Source: a virus
Lineage: Duplodnaviria > Caudoviricetes
Reading direction: 5' to 3' (one strand)
Length of the DNA: 30,113 nucleotides
IMG/VR virus record: IMGVR_UViG_3300044723_007988
Coordinates: 1-30,113 of that record
The position numbers and the translations under genes were made by a program. The first letter of the stretch is position 1. Every line of letters begins with the position of its first letter. Below the pieces are notes generated by a model. The model was not told where the DNA came from and made no database searches. It saw nothing but the letters and a program-made list of their open reading frames with translations. Below are positions 7,486 through 17,132 of the stretch, piece by piece.

Positions 7486-8300
7486 CCCTTATTACGTGGC
7501 AAGATATTAAAAAGAAAATAATGGGCTGGAATAGAAACCTTAAGTATTACGGTATACCAAGAGGGGGTCAGTATATAGCGGCACTATTAAACCCTGTTGA
7601 TACCCCTGAGGAGGCTGACGTTATAGTGGACGATTTAATTGACTCTGGTGCAACTAAAAAACGTTGGACGGAGTTATACCCTGATAAACCGTTTATGGCG
7701 GTTATAGATAAAACTACACCCGAATACAGTGGTAAATGGATACAGTTGCCGTGGGAAGAAAAGGGTGAGATTGACGTGGAAGAGCACATGCTACGTGTAT
7801 TACAGTATTTTGACGACCCTAACAGAGAGGGGTTACGTGATACACCAAAGCGTTACATTAAGTTTATGAAAGAGTTTTTAACAACACCCGAGTTTAACTT
7901 TACGGTGTTTGACTCTGAGGGTATGGACGAGATGGTATTACAAACCAACATACCGTTTTACAGTTTGTGTGAGCACCATATAGCACCTTTCTTTGGTTAC
8001 GCCCACGTGGCTTATATACCAAATGGTAAGATTGTTGGTATAAGTAAATTGGCACGGACTGTTGACCTATACGCCCACAACCTGCAAAACCAAGAGCGTA
8101 TTACACAACAGGTGGCCGAGAGGTTACAAACAGAGTTAAACGCTTTAGGGGTTGCCGTGGTATTAACAGCACAACATACGTGTATGAGTATGAGAGGTGT
8201 TAAAAAACACGATACGTGGACTACAACCTCAAAGATGTTAGGGGTGTTTAAGGACGACCTAAATGCACGTAACGAGTTTTTAAGTTTGATTAAGCAATGA
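7461..8300 (+). CDS. folE: Fusion of a Gpt-like type I phosphoribosyltransferase and GTP cyclohydrolase I
   Basis: N-terminal ~100 aa: [29 protein letters not shown]-terminal: [39 protein letters not shown]. Confidence 0.93.
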   Translation: MGQENGGVTLITWQDIKKKIMGWNRNLKYYGIPRGGQYIAALLNPVDTPEEADVIVDDLIDSGATKKRWTELYPDKPFMAVIDKTTPEYSGKWIQLPWEEKGEIDVEEHMLRVLQYFDDPNREGLRDTPKRYIKFMKEFLTTPEFNFTVFDSEGMDEMVLQTNIPFYSLCEHHIAPFFGYAHVAYIPNGKIVGISKLARTVDLYAHNLQNQERITQQVAERLQTELNALGVAVVLTAQHTCMSMRGVKKHDTWTTTSKMLGVFKDDLNARNEFLSLIKQ

Positions 8301-8566
8301 GGTTAACTAAAGAGCAAAAGTCGTTTATAAACACCCTTAAAAAAAGCCTGGGTATTGTTACCGTGGCTATACAACAAGAGGGTATTAAACGTGAAGATTA
8401 CGACGAGTGGTTGGAAAACCCCTTTTTTAACTTTGAGATAGAAAAGGTAAACTCACAAAGTTTGGATTACGTAGAAAACCAACTTATGCAATTAATAAAA
8501 GAAGGTAACTTAAGTGCAATACAGTATTACCTAAAAACTAAAGGTAAAGATAGAGGTTATGGATAA
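8297..8566 (+). CDS. Terminase small subunit-like HTH protein
   Basis: LKKSLGIVT...LDYVENQL...[19 protein letters not shown] resembles small proteins found before terL in phages; position upstream of terL. Confidence 0.55.
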   Translation: MRLTKEQKSFINTLKKSLGIVTVAIQQEGIKREDYDEWLENPFFNFEIEKVNSQSLDYVENQLMQLIKEGNLSAIQYYLKTKGKDRGYG

Positions 8567-8981
8567 CGAGAATAAGAGAAAACCTGGTAGGCCAAAGGGG
8601 TCTAAAAATGTTAAAATGACGGCTACTGAGGTAGAGGTGTTTATTAAACGTAGTATTAATAAAATAATGAAGGACCACCTAAGTTGGAAAGAATATATTA
8701 AGTGGTGCAAAGGTAACGGGCTAAGTGAGATGCAGGGTAATACCTATTGGAAACGTAGTTGGCAAACCATACGTGAGAAATATAACTTAGAGAAAGATAA
8801 ACAAATACACAAACACCTACTTAGTTACTGGAAACTATACGACGAGGCTATTGATAAGGGTGACCTTAGTAATGCACGTCAAACGTTGGACGCTATTGCT
8901 AAATTAATGGGATTAAACGAACCTGACAAATTGGATATGAATGCAACAGGTGAGATTGCCTTTAAGTTTGGAGATGAATAA
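8559..8981 (+). CDS. Putative terminase small subunit with AT-hook-like N-terminus
   Basis: RKPGRPKGSKN; helical LDAIAKLMGL then a short C-terminal tail; stop overlaps the terL start. Confidence 0.55.
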   Translation: MDNENKRKPGRPKGSKNVKMTATEVEVFIKRSINKIMKDHLSWKEYIKWCKGNGLSEMQGNTYWKRSWQTIREKYNLEKDKQIHKHLLSYWKLYDEAIDKGDLSNARQTLDAIAKLMGLNEPDKLDMNATGEIAFKFGDE

Positions 8982-10207
8982 TGGTAATAAAAGGGTTTAC
9001 GCCGCATACGGACCAGCGTAGGGTAATAGACGCTATTGAGAATACACCCTCAGCAAAGTATATAACACTCGTTACGGGACGTCAGTGGGGTAAAACACTG
9101 TTAGGTATTAACCTTATACTAAAGTGGGCTTTAACCACCCCTAACAGTAACCTTATGTGGGTCAGTCCAATTTACAAACAAAGTAAAAAAGTGTTGGACG
9201 ACGTTACCGTAGCAATTGCTGGTAGCCCCGTAGTTACCAACATTAATAAAAGTGAGTTGGAGATTAAGTTTACCAACGGGTCTAAGATACTATTTAGGTC
9301 AGCCGAACGTGAGGATAACCTTAGGGGTGTGACTTTGGATTACCTTATTATTGACGAGAGTGCGTTTATTAAAGATACCGTTTGGGATACAGTATTAAAA
9401 CAAACGGTTTTAGTTAGGGGTAAACGTGTATTGTTTCTCAGCACTCCAAAGGGTAAAAACTTTTTATATAACCTACACCTAAGGGGTGAAGATAAAACAC
9501 AAGACCGTTACCTAAGTTTACGTGGGACATCTTATAACACCCCTTATATTACCCCTGAGGAGTTGGACGAGGCACGGGACACTTTACCCGAAGATATATT
9601 TAAGCAAGAAATATTAGCCGAGTTTATTGATTCTGGGGGAGAGGTATTTAAGGATATTGACCGTTACTGTATGTTACCCGAGTGGAGTAACCCTATAGGT
9701 AAAAAATACTACGCTGGTTTAGATTTGGGCCGTAGCAATGATTACACGGTATTAACTATATTGGACGAAGATGGTAACGTGGTATACATATACCGTGACC
9801 GACATAAGCCTTGGAATGAGATTGTTACCAACGTAATAAACCATATTAAACGTTATAAGGCAACCCTGTTTGTGGAGGTAAACAACGTGGGTGACGTTAT
9901 CTTTGAGCAAATTAAAAACGTATACCAAAATACATACCCGTTTGTTACCACCAACAGTAGTAAACAGAATATAGTAGAAGACCTTATATACGGGTTAAAC
10001 AACGGTGACCTAAGGTTACCATCAAAAGAATTATTTGAGCCGTTAAACCACGAGTTACGGGTGTTTACGTTTGTGTATAACCCTAAAACACGTAACATAA
10101 AATATGCAGCACAAGAGGGTCACCACGACGATACAGTAATAAGTTTGGCTATTGCCTATAACTGTCTTAAACAAAAGAAAACGTCAGGGTCTTATTACGT
10201 GTATTAA
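8981..10207 (+). CDS. terL: Terminase large subunit
   Basis: Walker A GRQWGKT, Walker B YLIIDESAF, coupling motif STP, RNase H-like GLDLGRSND and HDDTVISLA. Confidence 0.96.
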   Translation: MVIKGFTPHTDQRRVIDAIENTPSAKYITLVTGRQWGKTLLGINLILKWALTTPNSNLMWVSPIYKQSKKVLDDVTVAIAGSPVVTNINKSELEIKFTNGSKILFRSAEREDNLRGVTLDYLIIDESAFIKDTVWDTVLKQTVLVRGKRVLFLSTPKGKNFLYNLHLRGEDKTQDRYLSLRGTSYNTPYITPEELDEARDTLPEDIFKQEILAEFIDSGGEVFKDIDRYCMLPEWSNPIGKKYYAGLDLGRSNDYTVLTILDEDGNVVYIYRDRHKPWNEIVTNVINHIKRYKATLFVEVNNVGDVIFEQIKNVYQNTYPFVTTNSSKQNIVEDLIYGLNNGDLRLPSKELFEPLNHELRVFTFVYNPKTRNIKYAAQEGHHDDTVISLAIAYNCLKQKKTSGSYYVY

Positions 10208-10240
10208 AATGAAAGAATAAAATTAAATATATTTATAGAT

Positions 10241-10927
10241 ATGGAGGTATTACAACAAATAAAATACGACGGTAAAACGTTTAACGTTTACGAACCAACA
10301 ATTGATATTTGGCAAGAGTTAATGTTAAAAAAAGAATACGCTAACGATTACGATTTAGCGTTAACCGTATTATCGTGGGTAACGGGTTTAAGTTTGGACG
10401 AGATACGTGAGGCTTCACCCCGTAGTATTATTAACGCAGCGGATGGTATTATTAACTACTTTACCAACCAAAGTGATAAGTTTGAGGAGACCTTTACCTT
10501 TGCTGACCGTAACTACAGGTTTATTGATTTACCAAATATTACCTTTGGAGAGTATATTGATATTGAGGACGTATTAAACAAACCTATAGCAGAAAGGCAT
10601 AAAAACCTTAATTTGTTAATGGCAATGTTGTATAGAGAGTTGGACGATAACGGTAACTATTTACCCTACGATATTGCTAACGTAAAGCAAAACGCCGAGA
10701 GGTTTAATAAGTTACCGATTAAGTATGTAAAAGGTGCAACGGTTTTTTTTTATCTTATGGTGAATATGTCCGTAGAAAATACCCGCTTTTATATCCACCA
10801 GAAGGCGTGGTGGATACTGAGGGTGAGGTTAACCAAACGGAAAATAAAAACCCTTTTGGTTGGTATGCAACGATACATGCGCTCAGCGGGGAGAATATTC
10901 TTAACGTGGAAAAAGTTACCAAATTAA
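10241..10927 (+). CDS. Tail assembly chaperone, zero-frame product
   Basis: FIDLPNITFGEYIDIE...MAMLYR motif and a T9 slippery run at GATVFF. Confidence 0.65.
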   Translation: MEVLQQIKYDGKTFNVYEPTIDIWQELMLKKEYANDYDLALTVLSWVTGLSLDEIREASPRSIINAADGIINYFTNQSDKFEETFTFADRNYRFIDLPNITFGEYIDIEDVLNKPIAERHKNLNLLMAMLYRELDDNGNYLPYDIANVKQNAERFNKLPIKYVKGATVFFYLMVNMSVENTRFYIHQKAWWILRVRLTKRKIKTLLVGMQRYMRSAGRIFLTWKKLPN

Positions 10928-11016
10928 ACCATATTGAGGTATTTAACTTTATAACATATACCGTTGTATTAAACAATAAAAGAGAGCAAGAATTAAGAAA
11001 GAATGTTAAACTATAG
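10241..11016 (+). CDS. Tail assembly chaperone, -1 frameshift product (gpGT-like)
   Basis: The -1 frame is open from T9 (10743-10751) to TAG 11016: FFLSYGEYVRRKYPLLY...FGWYATIHALSG...; contains track ORF 10807..11016. Confidence 0.7.
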
Positions 11017-11509
11017 AAACATTATTGACGACTTTGCAAAGTTGGCAAAAAACCACAAACAAATTAACAGTTTCTCCTCAGGGGATATTAACCAACTGGT
11101 CTTTTGGACGGAGCAAATTGACGGTAAAGATAACGAGAAAAACAACCCACCTATTTACCCGTTAATGTATGTAATACCGAGTGACGTAACACGTGGTGAG
11201 CAAGAAATAGTATACGGGTTTAATATTATTATTGCCGACATCATGGATACCAACAACAGTTACGATATACAGAAAGATTTATGGAGTGATACCCTACAAA
11301 TTGCCGAGGATATTTTAGCACAGTTTAAGTATAGTGTTACCAACGCACAGGGTGACTACGAGGGGAGATACGACTTAGAGTTACCAACCACTATTACCGC
11401 TTTTAACGAGGCCTACACGGATAACTTAGTGGGTTGGAACTTAGATATAAGTATTGTGTTAGATAACCCGTTAAACCGTTGTATTGCACCTTATAACAAC
11501 TTTGATTAA
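11003..11509 (+). CDS. Putative tail terminator/completion protein
   Basis: YPLMYVIP, IIIADI and VGW motifs; size and position in the tail module. Confidence 0.55.
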   Translation: MLNYRNIIDDFAKLAKNHKQINSFSSGDINQLVFWTEQIDGKDNEKNNPPIYPLMYVIPSDVTRGEQEIVYGFNIIIADIMDTNNSYDIQKDLWSDTLQIAEDILAQFKYSVTNAQGDYEGRYDLELPTTITAFNEAYTDNLVGWNLDISIVLDNPLNRCIAPYNNFD

Positions 11510-12066
11510 TGGACGACGACTTTGACTTAAATGCATTTATGGTAAAATACGGTAACCTGTTTACCAAATACTTTAGACAGGAATTAAACCGTAAACGTTT
11601 GAGTGCACCAGGTTATACCGGTAGGGCTTATGCCTCCAAAGGTAAAGATGGGACTGATTGGAAAGCAAAAAACAAACGTAACCGTGAGTTTGCTGGTATG
11701 AGGCGTAGGTCACCCTTTGGAAGTAACTTAAGTGAGAGTATTGAGTCACAATACAACCCACAAACACAACAGTTAACAATACTTATGGCTGACTATTGGC
11801 AGGTGGTAGACGAGGGACGTAAACCTGGTAAATATGCACCCGTTGACGCAATACAACAGTGGTTAAGAAAGCCTGGTATTAATTTACCTATAGAAGCCTC
11901 GTTTGGTATTAACCGTAACATATTTAAGTTTGGTATTACCCCTAACGGGTTTTATGGACGTGCAACTGACCGTATAGCCGATAAAATAGAGAAAGAGTTT
12001 GAGGATAACTTTGACGAAATGTTAAACCAACTATTTGACAACTTAATAGAACCAAATACGCAATGA
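11509..12066 (+). CDS. Putative neck/tail-completion protein (HK97 gp10-like)
   Basis: NLSESI...MADYWQVVDEGRKPGK...IFKFGITPNGF pattern, basic composition, position. Confidence 0.55.
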   Translation: MDDDFDLNAFMVKYGNLFTKYFRQELNRKRLSAPGYTGRAYASKGKDGTDWKAKNKRNREFAGMRRRSPFGSNLSESIESQYNPQTQQLTILMADYWQVVDEGRKPGKYAPVDAIQQWLRKPGINLPIEASFGINRNIFKFGITPNGFYGRATDRIADKIEKEFEDNFDEMLNQLFDNLIEPNTQ

Positions 12067-13886
12067 TTTATATAGAGCAAAAACCCCTAAAATTAACACC
12101 TGTTAATACACAACATATTTACACGGTTAGTAGCCCACTTAGCGGTGAAACAGATTACCGTTATATATTTGATTTATACGTAGATACTACTACGGCAAAC
12201 CCTACAAAGATTACACGACTTTTAGTGGCACCAAATACCTACGGTAAAGGTATTATTGACGTGCAAGATATAGTTAAAAACTACGTAGAGGGTAACGTGA
12301 GAAGTGAGCAACCACAATACACGAGTGAGACCACTACAGGCACTACATCTTACGGACTTATTACCAACACCAAAGGTATTGCACCGTCAAACGCATTTAA
12401 CGCCGATACAAACTATAACATACAAACCCACGTTAGGGATTACCGTGTTATGGTTGGTGAGCAATACACGAGTGGTAACACAACAGTAGTGGATATATCT
12501 ACGGGGGCAACAACACCCGCAACCACCTTTGAGGTGGAGTTTAGAATAGATAGGTTATACTGGTATAACGCCGGTGGTAACGCACCTGAAGGTCAAAGTA
12601 TTACAACGGGAGTGGATATTGTTAGTGACAGCCCTGCGGTTGCAGTAACTAACCCTGCGGTAGAATCTTCACAACCTATTAATACTGCACCGTTTACACC
12701 AAATACGTCGGGTCAAACTATTACTATTAGTGAGAAATATAGTGGTAAATATTACACTATAACATATAACGGTGAATTCTGGGATGATTTACAGGGGCCG
12801 TTTTACCCTGTTACTGAAACCGCTGACCCTAAGTTTAGCCCTGACGCTGTAACCATTTGGCCCGGCACTACGTTAACGCAGGGGTCTTATACACCATACC
12901 TAACCAACAATACCTATTGGACGGATACAACACCTATTAACCAACACGAATACTGGGAGGTTAAACGTTACCTTATAAGTGGGACTACTGTTAACGAGCA
13001 ACAACCGTCAAACTTTTTAACAACAGCGGGTAACGAGTTATATAGTATTAACGACCTAAGCCCTGGTATTATTACTCAAAGGGCAAGACGTCGTTACCAC
13101 CACCCTAAGTGCCCTATTTTAGTTAGTTGGTTTAATGGTTTACTAAGTAGTAACCCTGACTTTGAGTTTAACAACGACGTGAGTGTATTAAACTACAGCA
13201 CGGGTGTAACTCACACAGATAGTTATATTAACGTTTACGAGAACGAGTTTACGCAAACAGGGTATACGGGTTTAACACCGCAAAACGACCGTATACTGTA
13301 TTGGAATCAAATACAACCTAACATTGCCGGTGGTAAAATATGTTTCTGGCTAAGTGACGCAATAGGAGAATACCAGTACGACGGCTTTGGTTATAGTGAG
13401 GTGTTAGAATATTACCTTAAAGAGGATAGTTGTTTAAGTGACCCTATACACGTAGTATTCTTAAACCGTCAGGGGGTATGGGATACATACACTTTGGATA
13501 GAAAGGCCCTTAAAACGTCTAATATTACCCGTAAAACGTTTGATAAGGGTATGGTTACTGATACAAATATGTTATCTTTACTAAGTAGTAACCGACGTAA
13601 AACCATATACGACCAAAGTATTACTGAGAGTATGGCGGTAAACACGTGGTATTTGGACGATAACGACCGTGTAATCTTAGAGGATTTATTTATGAGCCCT
13701 GAGGTTTACATTATTTTAGACCACGATTGGACGGGTAAAACAGAGAAAAGTTACAACCCGTATTTATTACCCGTAGTGGTAAACACAAATACTCTAACAG
13801 AATATAAAAACCGTTACAATAAAACCGCACAATACGGTTTTACGTTGGAGTATACACCTATAAACCAGTATAAAACGCAGGGTTAA
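12063..13886 (+). CDS. Virion tail structural protein
   Basis: 607 aa, Thr/Tyr-rich; C-terminal VFLNRQGVWD...LEDLFMSPEVY; tail module context. Confidence 0.65.
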   Translation: MIYIEQKPLKLTPVNTQHIYTVSSPLSGETDYRYIFDLYVDTTTANPTKITRLLVAPNTYGKGIIDVQDIVKNYVEGNVRSEQPQYTSETTTGTTSYGLITNTKGIAPSNAFNADTNYNIQTHVRDYRVMVGEQYTSGNTTVVDISTGATTPATTFEVEFRIDRLYWYNAGGNAPEGQSITTGVDIVSDSPAVAVTNPAVESSQPINTAPFTPNTSGQTITISEKYSGKYYTITYNGEFWDDLQGPFYPVTETADPKFSPDAVTIWPGTTLTQGSYTPYLTNNTYWTDTTPINQHEYWEVKRYLISGTTVNEQQPSNFLTTAGNELYSINDLSPGIITQRARRRYHHPKCPILVSWFNGLLSSNPDFEFNNDVSVLNYSTGVTHTDSYINVYENEFTQTGYTGLTPQNDRILYWNQIQPNIAGGKICFWLSDAIGEYQYDGFGYSEVLEYYLKEDSCLSDPIHVVFLNRQGVWDTYTLDRKALKTSNITRKTFDKGMVTDTNMLSLLSSNRRKTIYDQSITESMAVNTWYLDDNDRVILEDLFMSPEVYIILDHDWTGKTEKSYNPYLLPVVVNTNTLTEYKNRYNKTAQYGFTLEYTPINQYKTQG

Positions 13887-16800
13887 TGTTACAAATTAGA
13901 ACCGTAGTAAACAGTGAGTTAAAATACTTAGACCTTTTTAACGACGAAGATATTAAAGTAGAGGTATCCTTTAACGAGGTGCAAGATATAACAACTAAAA
14001 ACAGCCCTTTTAGTAAAACCTTTAGGTTACCCGGTAGTAAAAACAATAATGATATCTTTAACCACTTTTACGATACCAACAGTAGCACATTTGACTATAA
14101 CCCTTTGCAAAAGTTTGAGTCTACTTTGGTTTACAACGGTTACGAGTTATACAAAGGTTACCTTAGGTTAAACAGTGTAACCCGCACAAATACTGACGTG
14201 GTTTACAACGTTACCTTTTACTCTCAGGTGGGAGATTTAGTTAGTAACATCAAAGATAAATACCTTAGTGACCTACAACTTTACACCACTGACCCTAACG
14301 AGTATATAGTAGATACATACCCTTTTACTTTAAGGCTTATACAGAATACCGAGAGTGACCCTGACCTAAGTTTAACAGCAAAAAACAGTAGTGAGGCGGA
14401 GTTAAACGGTAACGTATATTTTGCACTATTAAACAGGGGGTATATTTACGAAACAGATAAGGAGACGGATACTCAGTCGGTAAACGCCGATATTATCCCA
14501 AGATTAAAGTGGGAGAAACCACCGGCTGATAACGTTAATACTTTGGATTACTGGGATAGTGATAGGGTGCCACCTTTTGAGATACCAGCACGTCAGGTGC
14601 CAAGTATATACCTAACGGGGTCACTTAAAATTAAAGATTTATATACGTCCATATTTAGGGAGAATGGTTACAACGTAAAAAGTGACTTTTTTAATACTGC
14701 ATACTTTAATAGGTATTACATGCCACTAACGGTTAGTAACGACGACCTATACCCCGTGCAGTCAGTTAAGGCTCAGTTTGCATTTGGAGAAACGGGGGCA
14801 ACAACAGCAACGTCAGTAAACTATATTTGTGACCCTTTATATTGGCAAGAAGGACCGTTTTTTCCTAACCCTTTTCCGGCCGAGCACCAAAGGTTTGACT
14901 TAAGTAGTTATACGGTGGATACTGACAACATATACTTTAACGACGGCACAATGATTTTAGCACGTGACGGCACCTACATACTAAAAGTTAACTTTGACTA
15001 CGTGGCTGAGGACGACGGGTTTTTTCAGTTTGCGGTAGTGCAAAGAGTCTTTGACCCTACACCACCTTTATACCCTACTACTCCGTGTTGGAATAGTGGT
15101 AGGACAATATCTGCTTCAGTTAACTTTCAAGTAGCCAGCGGTGATACGTCGTTAAATAATGAGATTGAGTTAGAGATTAATACCGCAAGGTTTACAGCCA
15201 GTTCTCCGTATTGTGCGTTAGACCGTATAGTTGGCTCAGGTGATACGTCACTTATTAAGATTACAAGAATTAATGTAGAGTTAATAGAGGGGCCTGCATA
15301 TACTGTAGGTAACACCTACGACCCCACGTTGGAGTTTGTTAAACCCGATATTAAACAGTTGGATTTTGTTAGTGGTATTAACAAACTGTTTAACCTACTG
15401 GTAATACCTGACCCTGACGACCCTACAACGTTAATAGTAGAGCCTATTATTGACTGGATAGGTAAAGGGCCAACGTTGGATTGGAGTGATAAAATAGATA
15501 GGTCACAACCTATTACAGTGGAGCCCCTAACCAACATTATTAACGGGACGTTAGACTATGCATACAGTGACGATAGTAGTAGTGACGCAAAAAACTTTAA
15601 GGCGTTAAACAACCGTGTATTTGGAAGTAACCAGGTAGAGTTAGATACCGATTACCGTGACAACGTAACTAAGTTTGACAATATATTTGCCGGTCAGTTG
15701 GACGAGGTATTAAATACTAACAAAGGTATATTTGGTTTTACCATACCTAACTACTATACCACAGAAACCAAAGACGAGGACGGTTTAACGTTTACGCAAT
15801 TTAAGCCGTATAAAACACCACCAAAGTTACTATTTAGGCAACCCCTATTACCTATTAAAAGTTTTAGGACAGGTCACCAGTGGTATAGTATGAGTTTTAC
15901 AAAGATATACAACTGGAGTAGTAACAACAGGTTTAATACATACCCGTTTGGGGTTAGTGGGTTAACACATGCTGCGGTATGGAATAAAAACGACCGTATT
16001 AACCCGTTAGAGTATGGTTTAACTGCATATGAAGACCTTTACGAGGTTTATTACGAAGATTACATACAAGACCTTATTGACCCTAACAATCGTTTATTAG
16101 GTGCAACTATTTACGTTACCCCTGAGGAGATTAAAAACCTTAAGTTTAACGAGAAAATATTTGTTGACGGTAACTATTACCGTATTAACAAGATTACGGA
16201 CGTCTCACTAACCAACGAAACGTTGGCTAAGGTGCAACTTATTAAGTTAACCCGTGAATATGAAGGTCACCGTGTTAGGTATTACGACCTTATTAACTGC
16301 ACGGGTGGAACTGACCTACATACATCTACCGACCACAACTTTAGTATTTATTACCTAAAAGACTACAGGGTTAATATTGACGGTATTTGTTATACGGTAA
16401 CCGCAGGTAACTACAACAGTGGGTATACCTACCAGTTTGTGGATATAAGTGACGCATATACGGATTGTGACTGTAGTATTAGTATTGACGACGTTGGTAT
16501 AGAACCCTACGACGAGTTACAACCACCACCAACACCGTCACCTACACCAACGAGTATTTGTGGTGACTGTATATACTACGAGTGGGAGAACGAGAACCCT
16601 TATTTTGTTAGTGTTACCTATAGAGATTGTGATACACAAATTCTTACAACAGACTCAGTAGGTGCAGGTCAAATATATACAGCCTGCACGTGTAGTGCAT
16701 ATGGTTACAGGACGTCAGGTGGGTCACTAAGAGTAAACTTTACTGAGCCGTGTTACCCGTCCACTCCAACACCTACACCGTCACAAACACCAACGGTAAC

Positions 16801-17110
16801 ACCAACGGTTAGTATAACTCCAACACGCACAACAACACCACAACCAACACCAACAAATACTAAAACACCTACGGTAACACCAACACCGTCACCGTCGTTT
16901 GTGCCGGCACCAAATAGTTACGAGGTGATTAATTGTGACGACCCTGGTGACGTTAGGTGTGTAGGAAGCACTAACTTTATACCGGTGGGTAAAGTAGTTA
17001 AACTACAGGGTATAGTAGACTTATGTTTTGAGGTTGTTGGGCCGTGTGAAACAACGCAGGTGGGACAGGTTGATACTGAGCACGTTAGTTGTGAAAGTTG
17101 CCCGAGATAA
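13886..17110 (+). CDS. Large tail tip/hub-like protein with Cys-rich and Pro-Thr C-terminal extension
   Basis: N-terminal LDLF...SFSKTFRLPGS...NNDIF; YYRINKI near the end of the core; PT linkers; just upstream of the tape measure gene. Confidence 0.7.
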   Translation: MLQIRTVVNSELKYLDLFNDEDIKVEVSFNEVQDITTKNSPFSKTFRLPGSKNNNDIFNHFYDTNSSTFDYNPLQKFESTLVYNGYELYKGYLRLNSVTRTNTDVVYNVTFYSQVGDLVSNIKDKYLSDLQLYTTDPNEYIVDTYPFTLRLIQNTESDPDLSLTAKNSSEAELNGNVYFALLNRGYIYETDKETDTQSVNADIIPRLKWEKPPADNVNTLDYWDSDRVPPFEIPARQVPSIYLTGSLKIKDLYTSIFRENGYNVKSDFFNTAYFNRYYMPLTVSNDDLYPVQSVKAQFAFGETGATTATSVNYICDPLYWQEGPFFPNPFPAEHQRFDLSSYTVDTDNIYFNDGTMILARDGTYILKVNFDYVAEDDGFFQFAVVQRVFDPTPPLYPTTPCWNSGRTISASVNFQVASGDTSLNNEIELEINTARFTASSPYCALDRIVGSGDTSLIKITRINVELIEGPAYTVGNTYDPTLEFVKPDIKQLDFVSGINKLFNLLVIPDPDDPTTLIVEPIIDWIGKGPTLDWSDKIDRSQPITVEPLTNIINGTLDYAYSDDSSSDAKNFKALNNRVFGSNQVELDTDYRDNVTKFDNIFAGQLDEVLNTNKGIFGFTIPNYYTTETKDEDGLTFTQFKPYKTPPKLLFRQPLLPIKSFRTGHQWYSMSFTKIYNWSSNNRFNTYPFGVSGLTHAAVWNKNDRINPLEYGLTAYEDLYEVYYEDYIQDLIDPNNRLLGATIYVTPEEIKNLKFNEKIFVDGNYYRINKITDVSLTNETLAKVQLIKLTREYEGHRVRYYDLINCTGGTDLHTSTDHNFSIYYLKDYRVNIDGICYTVTAGNYNSGYTYQFVDISDAYTDCDCSISIDDVGIEPYDELQPPPTPSPTPTSICGDCIYYEWENENPYFVSVTYRDCDTQILTTDSVGAGQIYTACTCSAYGYRTSGGSLRVNFTEPCYPSTPTPTPSQTPTVTPTVSITPTRTTTPQPTPTNTKTPTVTPTPSPSFVPAPNSYEVINCDDPGDVRCVGSTNFIPVGKVVKLQGIVDLCFEVVGPCETTQVGQVDTEHVSCESCPR

Positions 17111-17132
17111 AATATATATTTAGTAATAGGAT

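Noticed and set aside
4768-8300. que genes as an auxiliary pathway for tRNA queuosine
   Set aside because: No queF, queA, queG/H or tRNA genes seen; the ParB-N/terminase context favours DNA modification. Not formally excluded.
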